A stretch of DNA of 64,000 nucleotides from Spirochaetia bacterium UBA2205 (GCA_002328585.1 DCUV01000060.1:72482-136481); one strand, 5' to 3'. Positions 49,884 to 60,640 are shown, counted from the stretch's first letter. Translations and numbers: made by a program. Notes: generated by a model not told the origin, from the sequence alone.

Positions 49884-51263
49884 TCATTTGCCTATACAGA
49901 AGCGTGAAAAAATTGAATTGAGAACATCATCAACAGTAATTTCACCGGTTACTGAACCAATAGTGTCAATGACATCCTGCAATGCTGATGCAATGATCTC
50001 GTGGGGGCTTTGCTTGAGTATCTGTTCCAGGACCTCATGGGCACCTGTGCTGGATTGCTCTAAAAGCTGTATAATACGGATATCAGCAATAAATGAATTG
50101 GTATAGTTGACATATGAGGTTTGGATAAAATCAGACACAGTAAGCTCCAGCACATCCATACCATAGCCTGTTGTAGCTGCAAAAGCAATCCCTTTTTTGG
50201 GCAATTGCGCATTGATAGCATTGATTTGTTCTGGTGAAGCAATATCGGATTTATTAATAACGGGAATATACGGTTTGGAGCCGATGCGCTCAAGAATATG
50301 GGAGTCTTCAACGGTAAAGCCACGTGTAGCATCGAGGATAAAAAATATGAGTGAAACCTCGTCAATAATCATGTAACTTTTTTGAACTCCCAGCAGTTCA
50401 ATTCCTGATGCTTCATCACGAATCCCTGCTGTGTCGTACAGATTGCATTGAATTCCATGAATGGTAACCAATTCTTTTATAACATCACGCGTTGTACCCG
50501 GCTCATCTGAAACAATTGCACGTTCATGATTAACCACACAGTTTAAAAAGCTTGATTTTCCTGCATTGGGTTTTCCAACAATAGCAATATCTATCCCGTG
50601 TGATAGGTTGTTCCCAACCTTACATCTGTTGATTATTTCCTGTATGGCATGAATAATATCTTCTATCCTTTGCTGTGCCTCCTGATAAGAGATTATTTCG
50701 ATATCCTGATCAATAAAGTCAATAGCACATTCAATATCAGCTTTTAACTCTACTATTGTTTGTTTCAGTGTATTGATAGTATTGCGTAACGAGCCGTGTT
50801 TTTGCTGTATTGCCGTAGCGATTTCCCATTCACTTCGAGCTGTTATGATATGATTTATAGCTTCAGCTTCGGTAAGGTCCATTTTTCCGTTAAAAAAAGC
50901 TCGTTTTGTAAATTCTCCCGGCTCGGCTATACGCACATGTAATGCTAGAAGGCGATTCATTATTTTATTAACAATGATAGGATTGCCATGACAGAATATT
51001 TCAACCATGTCCTCGCCAGTATAGCTATGCGGTTGTGCATAATAAATAACTATCGCATCATCAATTTCATATTCTCCATCAAAGATTGGCCCATAGTATG
51101 CATGGCGGGGGATGGATATAGTTTGTTTATTGTGTGGTATAAAAATAGAAGAAGCGACCCGTAAGGATTCAGGGCCGCTTATTCGTATAATTGCTATTGG
51201 AGCATGTACAGGCGGTGTTGCCGGAGCACAAATGGTTGCTTGCATCTTACCTGCCTTTTTCAA
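49884..51263 (-). CDS. mnmE: tRNA modification GTPase MnmE (TrmE)
   Basis: G-domain motifs (GKPNAGKSS, DTAG), C-terminal C(I/L)GK tetrapeptide (CIGK). Confidence 0.9.
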   Translation of the reverse strand: MKKAGKMQATICAPATPPVHAPIAIIRISGPESLRVASSIFIPHNKQTISIPRHAYYGPIFDGEYEIDDAIVIYYAQPHSYTGEDMVEIFCHGNPIIVNKIMNRLLALHVRIAEPGEFTKRAFFNGKMDLTEAEAINHIITARSEWEIATAIQQKHGSLRNTINTLKQTIVELKADIECAIDFIDQDIEIISYQEAQQRIEDIIHAIQEIINRCKVGNNLSHGIDIAIVGKPNAGKSSFLNCVVNHERAIVSDEPGTTRDVIKELVTIHGIQCNLYDTAGIRDEASGIELLGVQKSYMIIDEVSLIFFILDATRGFTVEDSHILERIGSKPYIPVINKSDIASPEQINAINAQLPKKGIAFAATTGYGMDVLELTVSDFIQTSYVNYTNSFIADIRIIQLLEQSSTGAHEVLEQILKQSPHEIIASALQDVIDTIGSVTGEITVDDVLNSIFSRFCIGK

Positions 51264-51894
51264 TGGGCATAATTTTTACTTTTCGGTATATTCCCTGGCC
51301 TTCACTTTTTGTTGTCACTTTTGAGTCATTTTGTAATGTTAAATGAATAAGCCTCCGTTCAAACGGATTCATGGGTTCAAGTGTCCATGGTTTTCCGGTT
51401 CTGGCTACTTTCAAAGCTATCTCTTTAGATAGTTTTCGTAAAGCCCTTTCTCTTTTTGCTCTGTACGATTCGATGTCGAGGATAATCTTTTTTTCTGAAC
51501 TGGTGACCTTATTAACTAAAAGATTTATCATGAATTGCAATGATTCCAGTGTTTTACCTTTTTTACCTATTATTAATCCTGAATTTAAACTTTCTAACTC
51601 TACATATACCTTATTTTCGCTTTCTTTAAAATCTTTAACAGTAGCATTTACATCCATTAAGGACATTATTTTTTCTATTATTTCTTTTGCTTTTTCACCA
51701 ACATCATTTTGCTGCTGATAGTACACTCTAATCTTAGCAGGACGTGATATGCCAAAACCAAATATTCCGCTTTTACCTTCATCAAGGACTTCAATGTTGA
51801 TTTTGTTCATATCATCAATTTTTAATTGCAATAATGCTTTTTTTGTTGCTTCTTCAACGGTTTTTCCTTCAATATCTAACACCTTCATCTCCAC
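51247..51894 (-). CDS. jag: Jag/KhpB RNA-binding protein (KH plus R3H domains)
   Basis: Jag_N, KH and R3H order. Conserved position after yidC. Confidence 0.8.
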   Translation of the reverse strand: MEMKVLDIEGKTVEEATKKALLQLKIDDMNKINIEVLDEGKSGIFGFGISRPAKIRVYYQQQNDVGEKAKEIIEKIMSLMDVNATVKDFKESENKVYVELESLNSGLIIGKKGKTLESLQFMINLLVNKVTSSEKKIILDIESYRAKRERALRKLSKEIALKVARTGKPWTLEPMNPFERRLIHLTLQNDSKVTTKSEGQGIYRKVKIMPIEKGR

Positions 51895-52049
51895 GCCTCC
51901 TACGATACTTATAATAATAATGAATTATGATAATAGTATTTGTTACACACCTCCTGGAAAAATCAAATATTGCTAAATATCTCATATTGTATTATTAATG
52001 TACTATAATTTTTGCATTAAGACTTACATTTTTCCTCATTTCGATATTG

Positions 52050-53669
52050 CTACTTTTCAGTCTTTGGCTTCCGGTTTACTATCATTTGATGAGCTATTTG
52101 TAAAACATTCTGCATGATCCAGTATAATACCAATCCGGATGGCATATTCCAGAATATAACGATAAATATAAGTGGCATAAACAAAAGCATTTTTTGCTGT
52201 TGAGAGGCCTCGCCAGTAGACATTTTTTGTTGTAAATATGTTGTTGCTGTCATCACTATTGGTAAAATATTAATGTTGAATCCTGAAATGGTAAAAACAG
52301 TATCTGGTAATGAAAGATCCTTAATCCACAGAATAAATGGTGCCTGCCATAAATCTACGGAATTAATCAGAGCGCTATAGAGTGCAAAGAAAAATGGCAT
52401 TTGCAGCAATAGTGGTAAACACCCACCCATGGGGTTGACCTTGTTCTTTTTATATACCTCCATTATCTTCTTATTCAAAACATCAGGCTTATCTTTATAC
52501 TTTTCGCGAAGTTCTTGAATAACTGGATTTAATTCCTGCATCTTCTTCATTGACTCAGTAGAACGTTTGGTTAAAGGCAAGAACATTATCTTGGTTAAAA
52601 GGGAAAATATTACTAATGACCAGCCTAAATTCCCTAACAATTTATTAATGCCAAGCAAACACCACATCATAAAATCGCGTATAGGCTCTATCCATTTGCT
52701 TACATCGGCTGCATCTCCAATCTGTTTATCTACAGCTAAAAGTTTATCTTTATTTTTAGGCCCAACATATACCTTAAAAATGTGTTCTATTTTTTCGCCA
52801 GAATTTAGAGGTTTTACCGGTACAATAATACCCGTCCTGAATCCAGTATGTTCCCTGTTATCGTAAACAACACCAGAACCCTGAAAACCTTGCGGTATCA
52901 TTATGAGCAGATAGTACCTGCTCATGATACCTGCCCATTTTACGACACCATTAATTTGTTTAATATCTTCATGTTTTGAAAAAAAACCCGAGCCTTTTCG
53001 TGCTTTTTCAAAATCATCATCAAGATAATATATACTGTTCAATTCATTGTACGAATTATTAAAATCCATTGAGGGCCCTAAAAAATCTGAAGGAGAATAA
53101 ATTAATCTACCTTCGGGGAAAGAAAATTTGTTCTTCCCATTATTCGTTATACTGAATGACATCGTAAAAAATTGCCCTTTTTCATCAAAGGTAAATGTCT
53201 TTGTAATGTGCAATGGATTATTTTGCACGATAGCACCTGTAAAAAAGCGTATAGAGCCAGCTTCTTTTTGTAATTTCCAGTTTGTATAATCACTTTCTGT
53301 TGATAGCAAAAATTCTCCAGTTGTAACATGTACAGGAAAATCAAAAATACCCCTGGCAATATATTTACTTTTATTTACCACAAGCTCAATATTTCGGGTT
53401 TTATCAATAAAAGAAACACATGCTGCACCATGATTGGAAAGAACCGCTTTATAATAATGTGAATCAACAGTCACATCTTCCTGTAATCGGGATAATTCAA
53501 GAAATTTTGAAAGTTGTTTTAATTCTGGTTTTTTTATTTCAACCGTTTGTTCTACTTTCACTTTCTTATCTTGAACTGCAGGTTTTTTTTCCTGTGGTGG
53601 AAATAAATAAAACCATAGCATCCATATCAGCAAAGATAATAAAACTGCTATTAAAGCCCTTTTTTCCAT
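52050..53669 (-). CDS. yidC: Membrane protein insertase YidC
   Basis: Large periplasmic domain plus 5-TM 60-kDa insertase core. Confidence 0.9.
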   Translation of the reverse strand: MEKRALIAVLLSLLIWMLWFYLFPPQEKKPAVQDKKVKVEQTVEIKKPELKQLSKFLELSRLQEDVTVDSHYYKAVLSNHGAACVSFIDKTRNIELVVNKSKYIARGIFDFPVHVTTGEFLLSTESDYTNWKLQKEAGSIRFFTGAIVQNNPLHITKTFTFDEKGQFFTMSFSITNNGKNKFSFPEGRLIYSPSDFLGPSMDFNNSYNELNSIYYLDDDFEKARKGSGFFSKHEDIKQINGVVKWAGIMSRYYLLIMIPQGFQGSGVVYDNREHTGFRTGIIVPVKPLNSGEKIEHIFKVYVGPKNKDKLLAVDKQIGDAADVSKWIEPIRDFMMWCLLGINKLLGNLGWSLVIFSLLTKIMFLPLTKRSTESMKKMQELNPVIQELREKYKDKPDVLNKKIMEVYKKNKVNPMGGCLPLLLQMPFFFALYSALINSVDLWQAPFILWIKDLSLPDTVFTISGFNINILPIVMTATTYLQQKMSTGEASQQQKMLLFMPLIFIVIFWNMPSGLVLYWIMQNVLQIAHQMIVNRKPKTEK

Positions 53670-53781
53670 AACAACCTCTTGTTTAACTTTCTAGATATAA
53701 AATGAAAAAAAATATGACTATTGTTGAAATATTATAATAGGTGAAAAGGAGTGATATGAGGGGTAACAGTTAGAAATTATG

Positions 53782-54003
53782 CTAAGGAACAGGATCATAC
53801 CCGCCGTCACAATATGGATGACAGCGTAGTATACGCTTGATTGATAAAAAACCACCTTTAAAAAGTCCATGTTTACTCAATGCTTCTATTGCATAGCTTG
53901 AACATGTTGGATAAAATCTGCAAGCATTGGGTAACAATGGTGAAATAATAAGCTTATACATTTTTATCAATAATATTGGCAATGAAATAATGTTTATCTT
54001 CAT
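53782..54003 (-). CDS. yidD: Membrane protein insertion efficiency factor YidD
   Basis: ..[31 protein letters not shown].. signature. Confidence 0.85.
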   Translation of the reverse strand: MKINIISLPILLIKMYKLIISPLLPNACRFYPTCSSYAIEALSKHGLFKGGFLSIKRILRCHPYCDGGYDPVP

Positions 54004-54383
54004 TGTTTGAGCACTCCTGACCTAAGCAACAATTTTGTAATTAAACCTGAAAGGTGAGTATATGGCATTGTCTTACAGGTTTCATCAGGAAAAATAATAA
54101 CAGCAAAACCCTGTTGTATCTGAGGCAAAAGAGTATTAAGTATAGATTTTATTCTTCTTCTGATTTTGTTACGTTCAACTGCAACCCCAAAATTTTTATT
54201 AACAGCTATGGAAAAATGCGTAACTGATTCGTTGCCAATTAACAATATTTCATGTGCTGGTTGTATATGCACTATCATTCGTATACCTTTACTATAAAAT
54301 CGCCTGCCGTTAACAATAACATCTTTAAAACTCCTCCGCCCTTTTATTGAATATCTCCTTTTCACCGGAAAATAATTATACAA
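54000..54383 (-). CDS. rnpA: Ribonuclease P protein component
   Basis: RNR motif region (..[13 protein letters not shown]..). Position between rpmH and yidD. Confidence 0.85.
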   Translation of the reverse strand: MYNYFPVKRRYSIKGRRSFKDVIVNGRRFYSKGIRMIVHIQPAHEILLIGNESVTHFSIAVNKNFGVAVERNKIRRRIKSILNTLLPQIQQGFAVIIFPDETCKTMPYTHLSGLITKLLLRSGVLKQ

Positions 54384-54390
54384 ATATATG

Positions 54391-54549
54391 CTACTTTACA
54401 TTACGTTTTTCATCTGATACAGTTAGTTTACAACGCCCCTTTTGTCTTCTTCTTTTAAGTATTTCTCTTCCAGCTTTGGTACTCATCCTTTCTCTAAACC
54501 CATGTGTTCGTAATCGCTTGATTACACTTGGTTGAAATGTTCTTTTCAT
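54391..54549 (-). CDS. rpmH: 50S ribosomal protein L34 (52 aa). Missing from the ORF track because it is shorter than 60 aa.
   Basis: Manual translation: [52 protein letters not shown]. Confidence 0.9.
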   Translation of the reverse strand: MKRTFQPSVIKRLRTHGFRERMSTKAGREILKRRRQKGRCKLTVSDEKRNVK

Positions 54550-54732
54550 TATTCCACCTCATTATTATGAATGTAATACGATAAAGTATTATATTTAAAA
54601 GTTTCATTATTACGTAGTATATTAAAAATGATAGCAAAGGATGTATTTTTAAATAATAGCACAACTTTATAATCAAACATAACAAAAGTACTATCTTATT
54701 TTTAAGAGCATCTATGTCAAGAATTTATTCTA

Positions 54733-55536
54733 TTACTTTTTCGCTATTACCATTATAGTATCTGAAAAACAAATACTATCAGATAGTTTTATATATATTT
54801 TTTTATGTTTTGATGCCAAAGAGCAAAACCGTTCAGGATGATATCCAGAAGGATAGCACTTTACTTTTACAAAACCTATGTTTTTTAATAATCGTGTAAT
54901 ACCTCGTGGTGATACATCAATTCTATGGTCTGCGGGGTGATTTTTAATCCAGATATCTCTGTGACAATAAAACAATGGTCCAAAATATGATGGTAACGTG
55001 CATGCAAAAATACCATCATTATGTAACATTGAATATACTTTTTGAAACATTGCAAAGGGATTAGCAAAATGCTCCATAACATACCATGCCGTTATAACAT
55101 CATATTTTTTAGCTGTCAGGAACTTTTCAAAATCAACTGAAGTAACTGATATGGAAAACTTTTCCTTACAATATTGTGCTGCATATTCCGATATTTCTAA
55201 TCCTTCAACTAATTGAAAACCACTGTCTTTAGCTGCCTTACAAAAAAAACCCAATGCGCATCCTATATCAAAAAGACTCTTCCCGGCCAGATTATTATTC
55301 AGTAATTTTTTTATTTTTTTTATTCTCAGCAATGAAGCAGCATATATTGCGTCATGATCATCTTCGTATGTTTTTCCGTACTGATTTTTGTATTCTGCAC
55401 TAAAATAATCAGCAAAATAAGGCAATTGCTGATATGCATTGTTAAACAATATATTGCAGGATTTGCATAAAAAGATATCGTTTGCAATTTGTTTTGATCG
55501 TGAGTCCTTGCAGATTGGACATAGTAAAGGTATCAT
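54733..55536 (-). CDS. Class I SAM-dependent methyltransferase with N-terminal Cys4 zinc ribbon
   Basis: CPICKD..CKSCN ribbon. Motif I DIGCALGFF. Confidence 0.6.
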   Translation of the reverse strand: MIPLLCPICKDSRSKQIANDIFLCKSCNILFNNAYQQLPYFADYFSAEYKNQYGKTYEDDHDAIYAASLLRIKKIKKLLNNNLAGKSLFDIGCALGFFCKAAKDSGFQLVEGLEISEYAAQYCKEKFSISVTSVDFEKFLTAKKYDVITAWYVMEHFANPFAMFQKVYSMLHNDGIFACTLPSYFGPLFYCHRDIWIKNHPADHRIDVSPRGITRLLKNIGFVKVKCYPSGYHPERFCSLASKHKKIYIKLSDSICFSDTIMVIAKK

Positions 55537-55541
55537 TTATC

Positions 55542-56030
55542 TCATTGTTTTTTCTTTTTTGCTGGTTCTACTACGATAGGAATACCTTTAATCCTTGCTT
55601 TATCAAGTGATACTAATACAAGTTCAGCATATTGCTCAGGTATCTCAATAAACGAATAAGTGGAATGTATATCAATTTTGCCAACCAGTTTGCCATCAAT
55701 ACCCGAACGTTTTGATATCTCACGGATAAGATCACCAGGGGTTATTTTATGATTTTTACCAATATTTATAAATATACGTGCTTTTCCATTTTTAATATCT
55801 TCAAAGACAATTGTTCCGTCTGGTTTTGCCAGGTTTAATGACGTTATTTCAGATAAATCCAGTTTTGAGATATCCCCGATGCACTCTTTCAAAAGCGCTG
55901 CAGTAATCCTTTTTGTCGAACCAAATAAGGGTAAATGTTTTCTCATAGCTTTAATGAGCAAAAAATATGAAGTTAAATCCTCATTCAAAGCAGATTCTAA
56001 AATCTTTTCAATGTTTTTAACCTGATTCAT
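55542..56030 (-). CDS. Stand-alone DbpA-type RNA-binding domain protein
   Basis: ..ARIFINIGKNHKITPGDLIREISKRSGIDGKLVGKIDIHSTYSFIEIPEQYAELVL.. matches the C-terminal RNA-binding domain of DbpA/YxiN helicases. Confidence 0.6.
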   Translation of the reverse strand: MNQVKNIEKILESALNEDLTSYFLLIKAMRKHLPLFGSTKRITAALLKECIGDISKLDLSEITSLNLAKPDGTIVFEDIKNGKARIFINIGKNHKITPGDLIREISKRSGIDGKLVGKIDIHSTYSFIEIPEQYAELVLVSLDKARIKGIPIVVEPAKKKKQ

Positions 56031-56122
56031 AATTACTCCTGAAAAAACTGATTACAAAAACTTAATAAAGTTTTTTTTACATTAACGAAAAAACATTTAT
56101 ATTGGCAAGCATATTTCTTTAA

Positions 56123-56770
56123 TCAATCCTTACACTTATAGCCAACATTTCTCACTGTTTCAATAATATTATTGAATTCATCTCCTATTTTTGAGCGTAA
56201 ACGGCGGATATGAACATCGACTGTTCGTGTACCGCCAATATACTCGATACCCCAAATTCGTGATAATAATTCCTGACGTGTAAAAACTACACCTTTATTT
56301 TCAATAAAAAGTTTTAACAATTCAAATTCTTTAAATGTTAATGAAACTTTTTCATTGTTAACCGATACAATGTATTTGTCAGGTTCAATAGCAATATTCC
56401 CAACTCTAATGACTGCATCTTTTATTTCAATTTCCGAACCTATTAAACAGTCTATCCTGACCTTAAGCTCACCTTTTCTGAAAGGGAAGATGATAAAATC
56501 ATCAAAAAACCAATCCCTGTTTATAGACTCAAGGTATCCTGTACGAACGATGAGAATAACCGGTACATGAGAAAAACGTTTTCGTATTTTTGATAAATAA
56601 AATTGTGCATCACTTATGTCGATCTGCTCACTATCAAAAAGTATTATATCAAATCCTTCATCTTTAAGAGTATTAATTGAACCGTGAATGCTTGCATCCA
56701 GGGGTTGTACTAGTCGTACTTCTGAAACCAGTTCTTTACTCCGGGTAATAAGTGCTGTTTTAATTTTCAT
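56123..56770 (-). CDS. OmpR/PhoB-type winged-helix regulator with a degenerate receiver domain. No sensor kinase is adjacent.
   Basis: C-terminal trans_reg_C (..LTFKEFELLKLFIENKGVVFTRQELLSRIWG..VDVHIRRLRSKI..). N-terminus lacks the usual acidic pocket. Confidence 0.65.
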   Translation of the reverse strand: MKIKTALITRSKELVSEVRLVQPLDASIHGSINTLKDEGFDIILFDSEQIDISDAQFYLSKIRKRFSHVPVILIVRTGYLESINRDWFFDDFIIFPFRKGELKVRIDCLIGSEIEIKDAVIRVGNIAIEPDKYIVSVNNEKVSLTFKEFELLKLFIENKGVVFTRQELLSRIWGIEYIGGTRTVDVHIRRLRSKIGDEFNNIIETVRNVGYKCKD

Positions 56771-57935
56771 TCATATCCACTAATTGATAAAAAATATCAA
56801 TATATTGCTTAGCTACATTTTCGGCATAAAAAGTTTCAATCTTCTTTTTATTATTTTTTGAACATCGAGCATAGAGCATTTTATTATTTTTAAATTGTAT
56901 AATACTCTCAGCACATTTTTGTATATCACCTACATCAATCAGCAAAGCATTGTGTTCATTTTCCAGAAAATCAACCTGCCCGCCGGAATTAGTGGTGACA
57001 ATTGGCAAACCACAATACATAGCTTCCATGAAGACTATCCCAAAACCCTCATGCAATGATGTTAAAACAAAAAGATCGGATACTGATAAATATGCATATT
57101 TCCTGTCATCAGATACAAACCCTAAAAATGTAACAATATTTTCAAGAGCTAATTCTTGAACCAGTTGTTCAAGATACACTCGTTCCGGTCCATCACCCAT
57201 AATAAGCAATTTTACATGTTGATTTTTAATCTTGGCTATTGCTTTGATCAACACATCTATTGCTTTTCGTTTAATTAGCCTTCCAATTGTTATGCAGATA
57301 AAATCTTCTTCATGCAACCCTAACAATTTCCTTGAGGTCTTTGGTATGGCAGGAGGATGAAAGGCAAGAGGTATGATACCTATTTCCTTGTTGATTTTAT
57401 AGTAGTGAAGGGCGTTGTTTCGAGTATTTGAGGATTGTGCTATGATAGTATCAGCCTTGTTAAGAAGATATTGGACTATAAATTTGAAGAAACGATTGCG
57501 ATGTGGTGAAAATTTTTTACTGGGGTCATAAATATCACCACCATGAAGCGACAAGACATTTGGTATTTTAAACAGCTTTGATAGCACATATCCCAATGGT
57601 CCTGATGGAACAACAAAATGTGTATTGATTATGTCAAATTTGTATTTCTTAAAGAGCGACAGTGCTCTGATAAAACCTGCTGGTAAATAGCTAAACATCG
57701 AGATGAATGTTGCTGCATCACGAGACTTTCTAAATAAAATCTTAACTCTATGGACATGTATCCCATTGATATATTCATATGGGGGTAAACCTTTGAAAGA
57801 GGAAGTTATTATATGTACATTGGCAACTTTTACCCACTCTAAGGCTAAATCATAGGTTGCTACACCGCCGCCACCACCTAACGGTGGAAATTCATAATTT
57901 ATAATTAAAATATTGATTTTTTTGTGTAATTCCAT
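56760..57935 (-). CDS. GT4-family glycosyltransferase
   Basis: EX7E region (..SLHEGFGIVFMEAMYCGLPIVTTNSGG..). N-terminal GGGGG sugar-nucleotide loop. Confidence 0.8.
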   Translation of the reverse strand: MELHKKINILIINYEFPPLGGGGGVATYDLALEWVKVANVHIITSSFKGLPPYEYINGIHVHRVKILFRKSRDAATFISMFSYLPAGFIRALSLFKKYKFDIINTHFVVPSGPLGYVLSKLFKIPNVLSLHGGDIYDPSKKFSPHRNRFFKFIVQYLLNKADTIIAQSSNTRNNALHYYKINKEIGIIPLAFHPPAIPKTSRKLLGLHEEDFICITIGRLIKRKAIDVLIKAIAKIKNQHVKLLIMGDGPERVYLEQLVQELALENIVTFLGFVSDDRKYAYLSVSDLFVLTSLHEGFGIVFMEAMYCGLPIVTTNSGGQVDFLENEHNALLIDVGDIQKCAESIIQFKNNKMLYARCSKNNKKKIETFYAENVAKQYIDIFYQLVDMNEN

Positions 57936-58395
57936 GTGCATTATCCTATGGTATTGCAAACTTTTTTCATTTATTATTGGAATTGAATAATACTTCATTG
58001 CACTTACGCTATTGTTGCGTTTTCTTCAATAATTTTTTTCCCAACATTGCAATATTTTTTAAAGAACTATTTGTTATAAATATGCGATGATATAAAAAAT
58101 TGACTTTTTAAGAGTGCCTTTTAAAACTGATTATTGTATGTTATAAAATTGTAAAAAGTAGTTTTATTACTGTTGTGTGCTCAGAAAAAGATTAATGTTT
58201 TATGGTGTCACTCGTATTTTTTTATCTGTTACAGATTTATTAATAAATTGATTGACAAATTACAAATTTCATTTTCTAATTAATGCAATAATGTGTAAAT
58301 ATAGTAAAAAAGCATGGTGAGTGAATACGCTATAAAAATATACATATAAGGTGGAATACAACATATATTGTTCAATATAGTGCTTATATAAGATA

Positions 58396-58532
58396 GTTGT
58401 CGATGGACGGCGTTGTGGGCTCACCCGCAGGGGATGAAAATTCCGTGTTAAGCCCGGAATGACGAATGTGAAAAAAGAGATTCCGCACAAAGTCTGGAAT
58501 GACATTGACACATAATTCTATTTTTTGAGGAA
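58396..58532 (+). repeat. Copy D of the dispersed intergenic repeat (orphan, no downstream gene within about 180 bp)
   Basis: CCCGGAATGACGAATGTGAAAAAAGAGATTCCGCACAAAGTCTGGAATGACATTGACACATAATTCTATTTTTTGAGG. Followed by hairpin ATGCTCTTT-tgggtgggg-AAGGAGCAT. Confidence 0.55.
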
Positions 58533-58715
58533 TTATATGCTCTTTTGGGTGGGGAAGGAGCATTGAGTTGTATTTATACAAATACAATAAACGATAGGGT
58601 AATGTTATCCCGCGGGTAAGAACTGGCAATGCAATGATGTTGATATAGAAAAGATATTTTTGTCAAAATGCGATAGGTTGTGCAATGACTATGAATAGAT
58701 AAATGCGATGCCAGG

Positions 58716-59810
58716 ATGCATCACTCCGATACAAACACACTGAGGGATAGCATAGACCACGATATTGTATTTTTTTGGAGGGAAGTTGTTGTGAGTATAA
58801 AAGATATACTGATTTATTTTTATTTACCCGTTATATTATTTACTGTATTATGTTTTTGTGTAATTATTGTAGGTATTATTTACTGGATAAAAAAATATAA
58901 AGAACTTTTAATAATTCTTTTTTATTTTTTAATACATGCAGGAATGACTGCAATGTATATTTATCCATTTAATGTATTTGCGTTTAGTTTGCAATATGCG
59001 TTCTTTTTATTTTGTCTGTTGATGTTTTGTTTTAGTGCAGTTTTCATGTTGTCACCGGATACATGGAATAATTCAGATTCATTCTATAGAGCAGTGCAAT
59101 GTATTGTTGGGAAAAGTATTCTTGTTTATGCCAGTATAGTGTTTTTGACGCAAAAAGAGCAATTAATAATAAGCAGTGTTGATTGTATGGTATCCTTAGC
59201 ATTTATAGCAATGAAAACTAAACCTGCAACAAGCTGTGTTCAACCATTTGCAGAAAAGGGAAGATTTATTTTTATAATCGTGATTACAATGATTTTTTTA
59301 TGGATAAGTATAGCAAAAATATTTTTATATTATGTTTTAATATTGGGTATGGTTGTCCTTGGCATTATCAATGTTGCTTTTTTATGTGTCATAGCATTGA
59401 AGGTATATGTCAATGAAGCCATGAATTTTATTGCAATTCAGCAGGAAGGTTATTGTGGTATGTATGAAAAACATTTTAAAATTGTTCAGATAATTAAGGA
59501 GCATATCAATGAATACTACACTCACCCAATTGATAAATATACAATAGCACTCCAGTGTGAGATGAATCCTGATTATCTTTGCAAGATTTTCAAAAGTAAT
59601 GAAGGAGTTAGCATTAATGAATATATAAAAAATATACGGTTAAAGAAAGCATTGGAAACATTGTCAAATACTGATAGGAAAATAATTGAAATTGCCCTGG
59701 ATGTAGGTTATGATAACTTAGCAACTTTTTACAGGCATTTTACACAGTTTTATAAAATATCACCAAATAAGATAAGGATAAAAAAAAGTAAAGATGCAAC
59801 AACTGTTTAA
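58716..59810 (+). CDS. Membrane-anchored AraC-family regulator (multi-TM N-terminal domain plus C-terminal AraC HTH). Probable start is the GTG near 58790 after GGAGGG.
   Basis: About 7 transmembrane helices, then the HTH_AraC signature (..IALDVGYDNLATFYRHFTQFYKISPNKIR). Confidence 0.65.
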   Translation: MHHSDTNTLRDSIDHDIVFFWREVVVSIKDILIYFYLPVILFTVLCFCVIIVGIIYWIKKYKELLIILFYFLIHAGMTAMYIYPFNVFAFSLQYAFFLFCLLMFCFSAVFMLSPDTWNNSDSFYRAVQCIVGKSILVYASIVFLTQKEQLIISSVDCMVSLAFIAMKTKPATSCVQPFAEKGRFIFIIVITMIFLWISIAKIFLYYVLILGMVVLGIINVAFLCVIALKVYVNEAMNFIAIQQEGYCGMYEKHFKIVQIIKEHINEYYTHPIDKYTIALQCEMNPDYLCKIFKSNEGVSINEYIKNIRLKKALETLSNTDRKIIEIALDVGYDNLATFYRHFTQFYKISPNKIRIKKSKDATTV

Positions 59811-60020
59811 AACTAACAGGTACATTTCATAATAACATAATAACTATCGCACAAATAAACATGCATCATAGTAAAGGCTATTCAGAGATTATTCAGGGCA
59901 AGTTAAAAAGTTTTTTAAATATTTTTTTATTGACTTGAAAATGGAAATAATACTATTATTTACTGTTTATTAAGTATATAATTTAAATAATTCATACTAC
60001 AAAAGTAAAAGGTGAACAGT

Positions 60021-60350
60021 ATGATTGAATTGACAGATAAAGGGAATGGTACATTTGTTGTAAAGATTAATATGCAGGAGGTTCATACCCTTGATGTCCC
60101 CGACCTTAAAGAAAAATTACAACAAGCTATTGTGAATAAAGGGATAAAACGGTTGGTTGTTGATCTTGCAGATGTTAAGATGATAACAAGCTCAGGGATA
60201 GGTATATTTTTAAATATTAATCAGAATTTGAAATCTCAACTACGTTTAGCAGCACCAACACCGGAAGTACAAAAGGTTCTGGAACTTACTAAAGTTACAT
60301 CAATGATAAAAGTTTTTAATTCCGTAGATGCTGCCCTGCAAAGTTTTTAA
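60021..60350 (+). CDS. STAS-domain anti-sigma-factor antagonist
   Basis: SpoIIAA-like STAS fold (..LVVDLADVKMITSSGIGIFL..). The conserved Ser follows DL...V..I.SSGIG. Confidence 0.75.
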   Translation: MIELTDKGNGTFVVKINMQEVHTLDVPDLKEKLQQAIVNKGIKRLVVDLADVKMITSSGIGIFLNINQNLKSQLRLAAPTPEVQKVLELTKVTSMIKVFNSVDAALQSF

Positions 60351-60491
60351 TGCGAAGCTATCAACAAAAAAATTATTTACCCTGCATGATTTATGTGCTA
60401 TATTTTTATATAATTATCAATTGTTTTTTTATAGTATTAATTGTTGTAACACATTGTATATAGCACGATTATAAAGAGTAGTAATCGTACT

Positions 60492-60640
60492 ATCTTATCA
60501 AGAGTGGTAGAGGGACTGGCCCTGTGAAACCACGGCAACCGGGATGAAAAAGGCCGGTGCCAATTCCAGCGGAAGATATTCCGGGAGATGAGATAGCAAT
60601 AAGTATCCGCTTATAGGTTCTTCCGGTAAGCGGTTTTTTT
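60492..60640 (+). ncRNA. SAM-I (S-box) riboswitch with downstream terminator hairpin, 5' of metX-metW
   Basis: TCTTATCAAGAGTGGTAGAGGGACTGGCCCTGTGAAACCACGGCAACC...GGTGCCAATTCCAGCGGAAG...GAGATGAGA matches the SAM-I consensus. Expression platform is a CCGCTTA..TAAGCGG hairpin plus T7. Confidence 0.9.

Noticed and set aside
54550-54732. Replication origin / DnaA-box cluster next to rpmH
   Set aside because: dnaA is not adjacent (a methyltransferase gene is). I could not find clustered TTATCCACA-like boxes in this or other AT-rich gaps.
58269-58629. Two overlapping minus-strand ORFs (80 and 81 aa) in the 58003-58715 gap
   Set aside because: They overlap repeat copy D, lack SDs, and have odd composition. 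They are probably non-coding.
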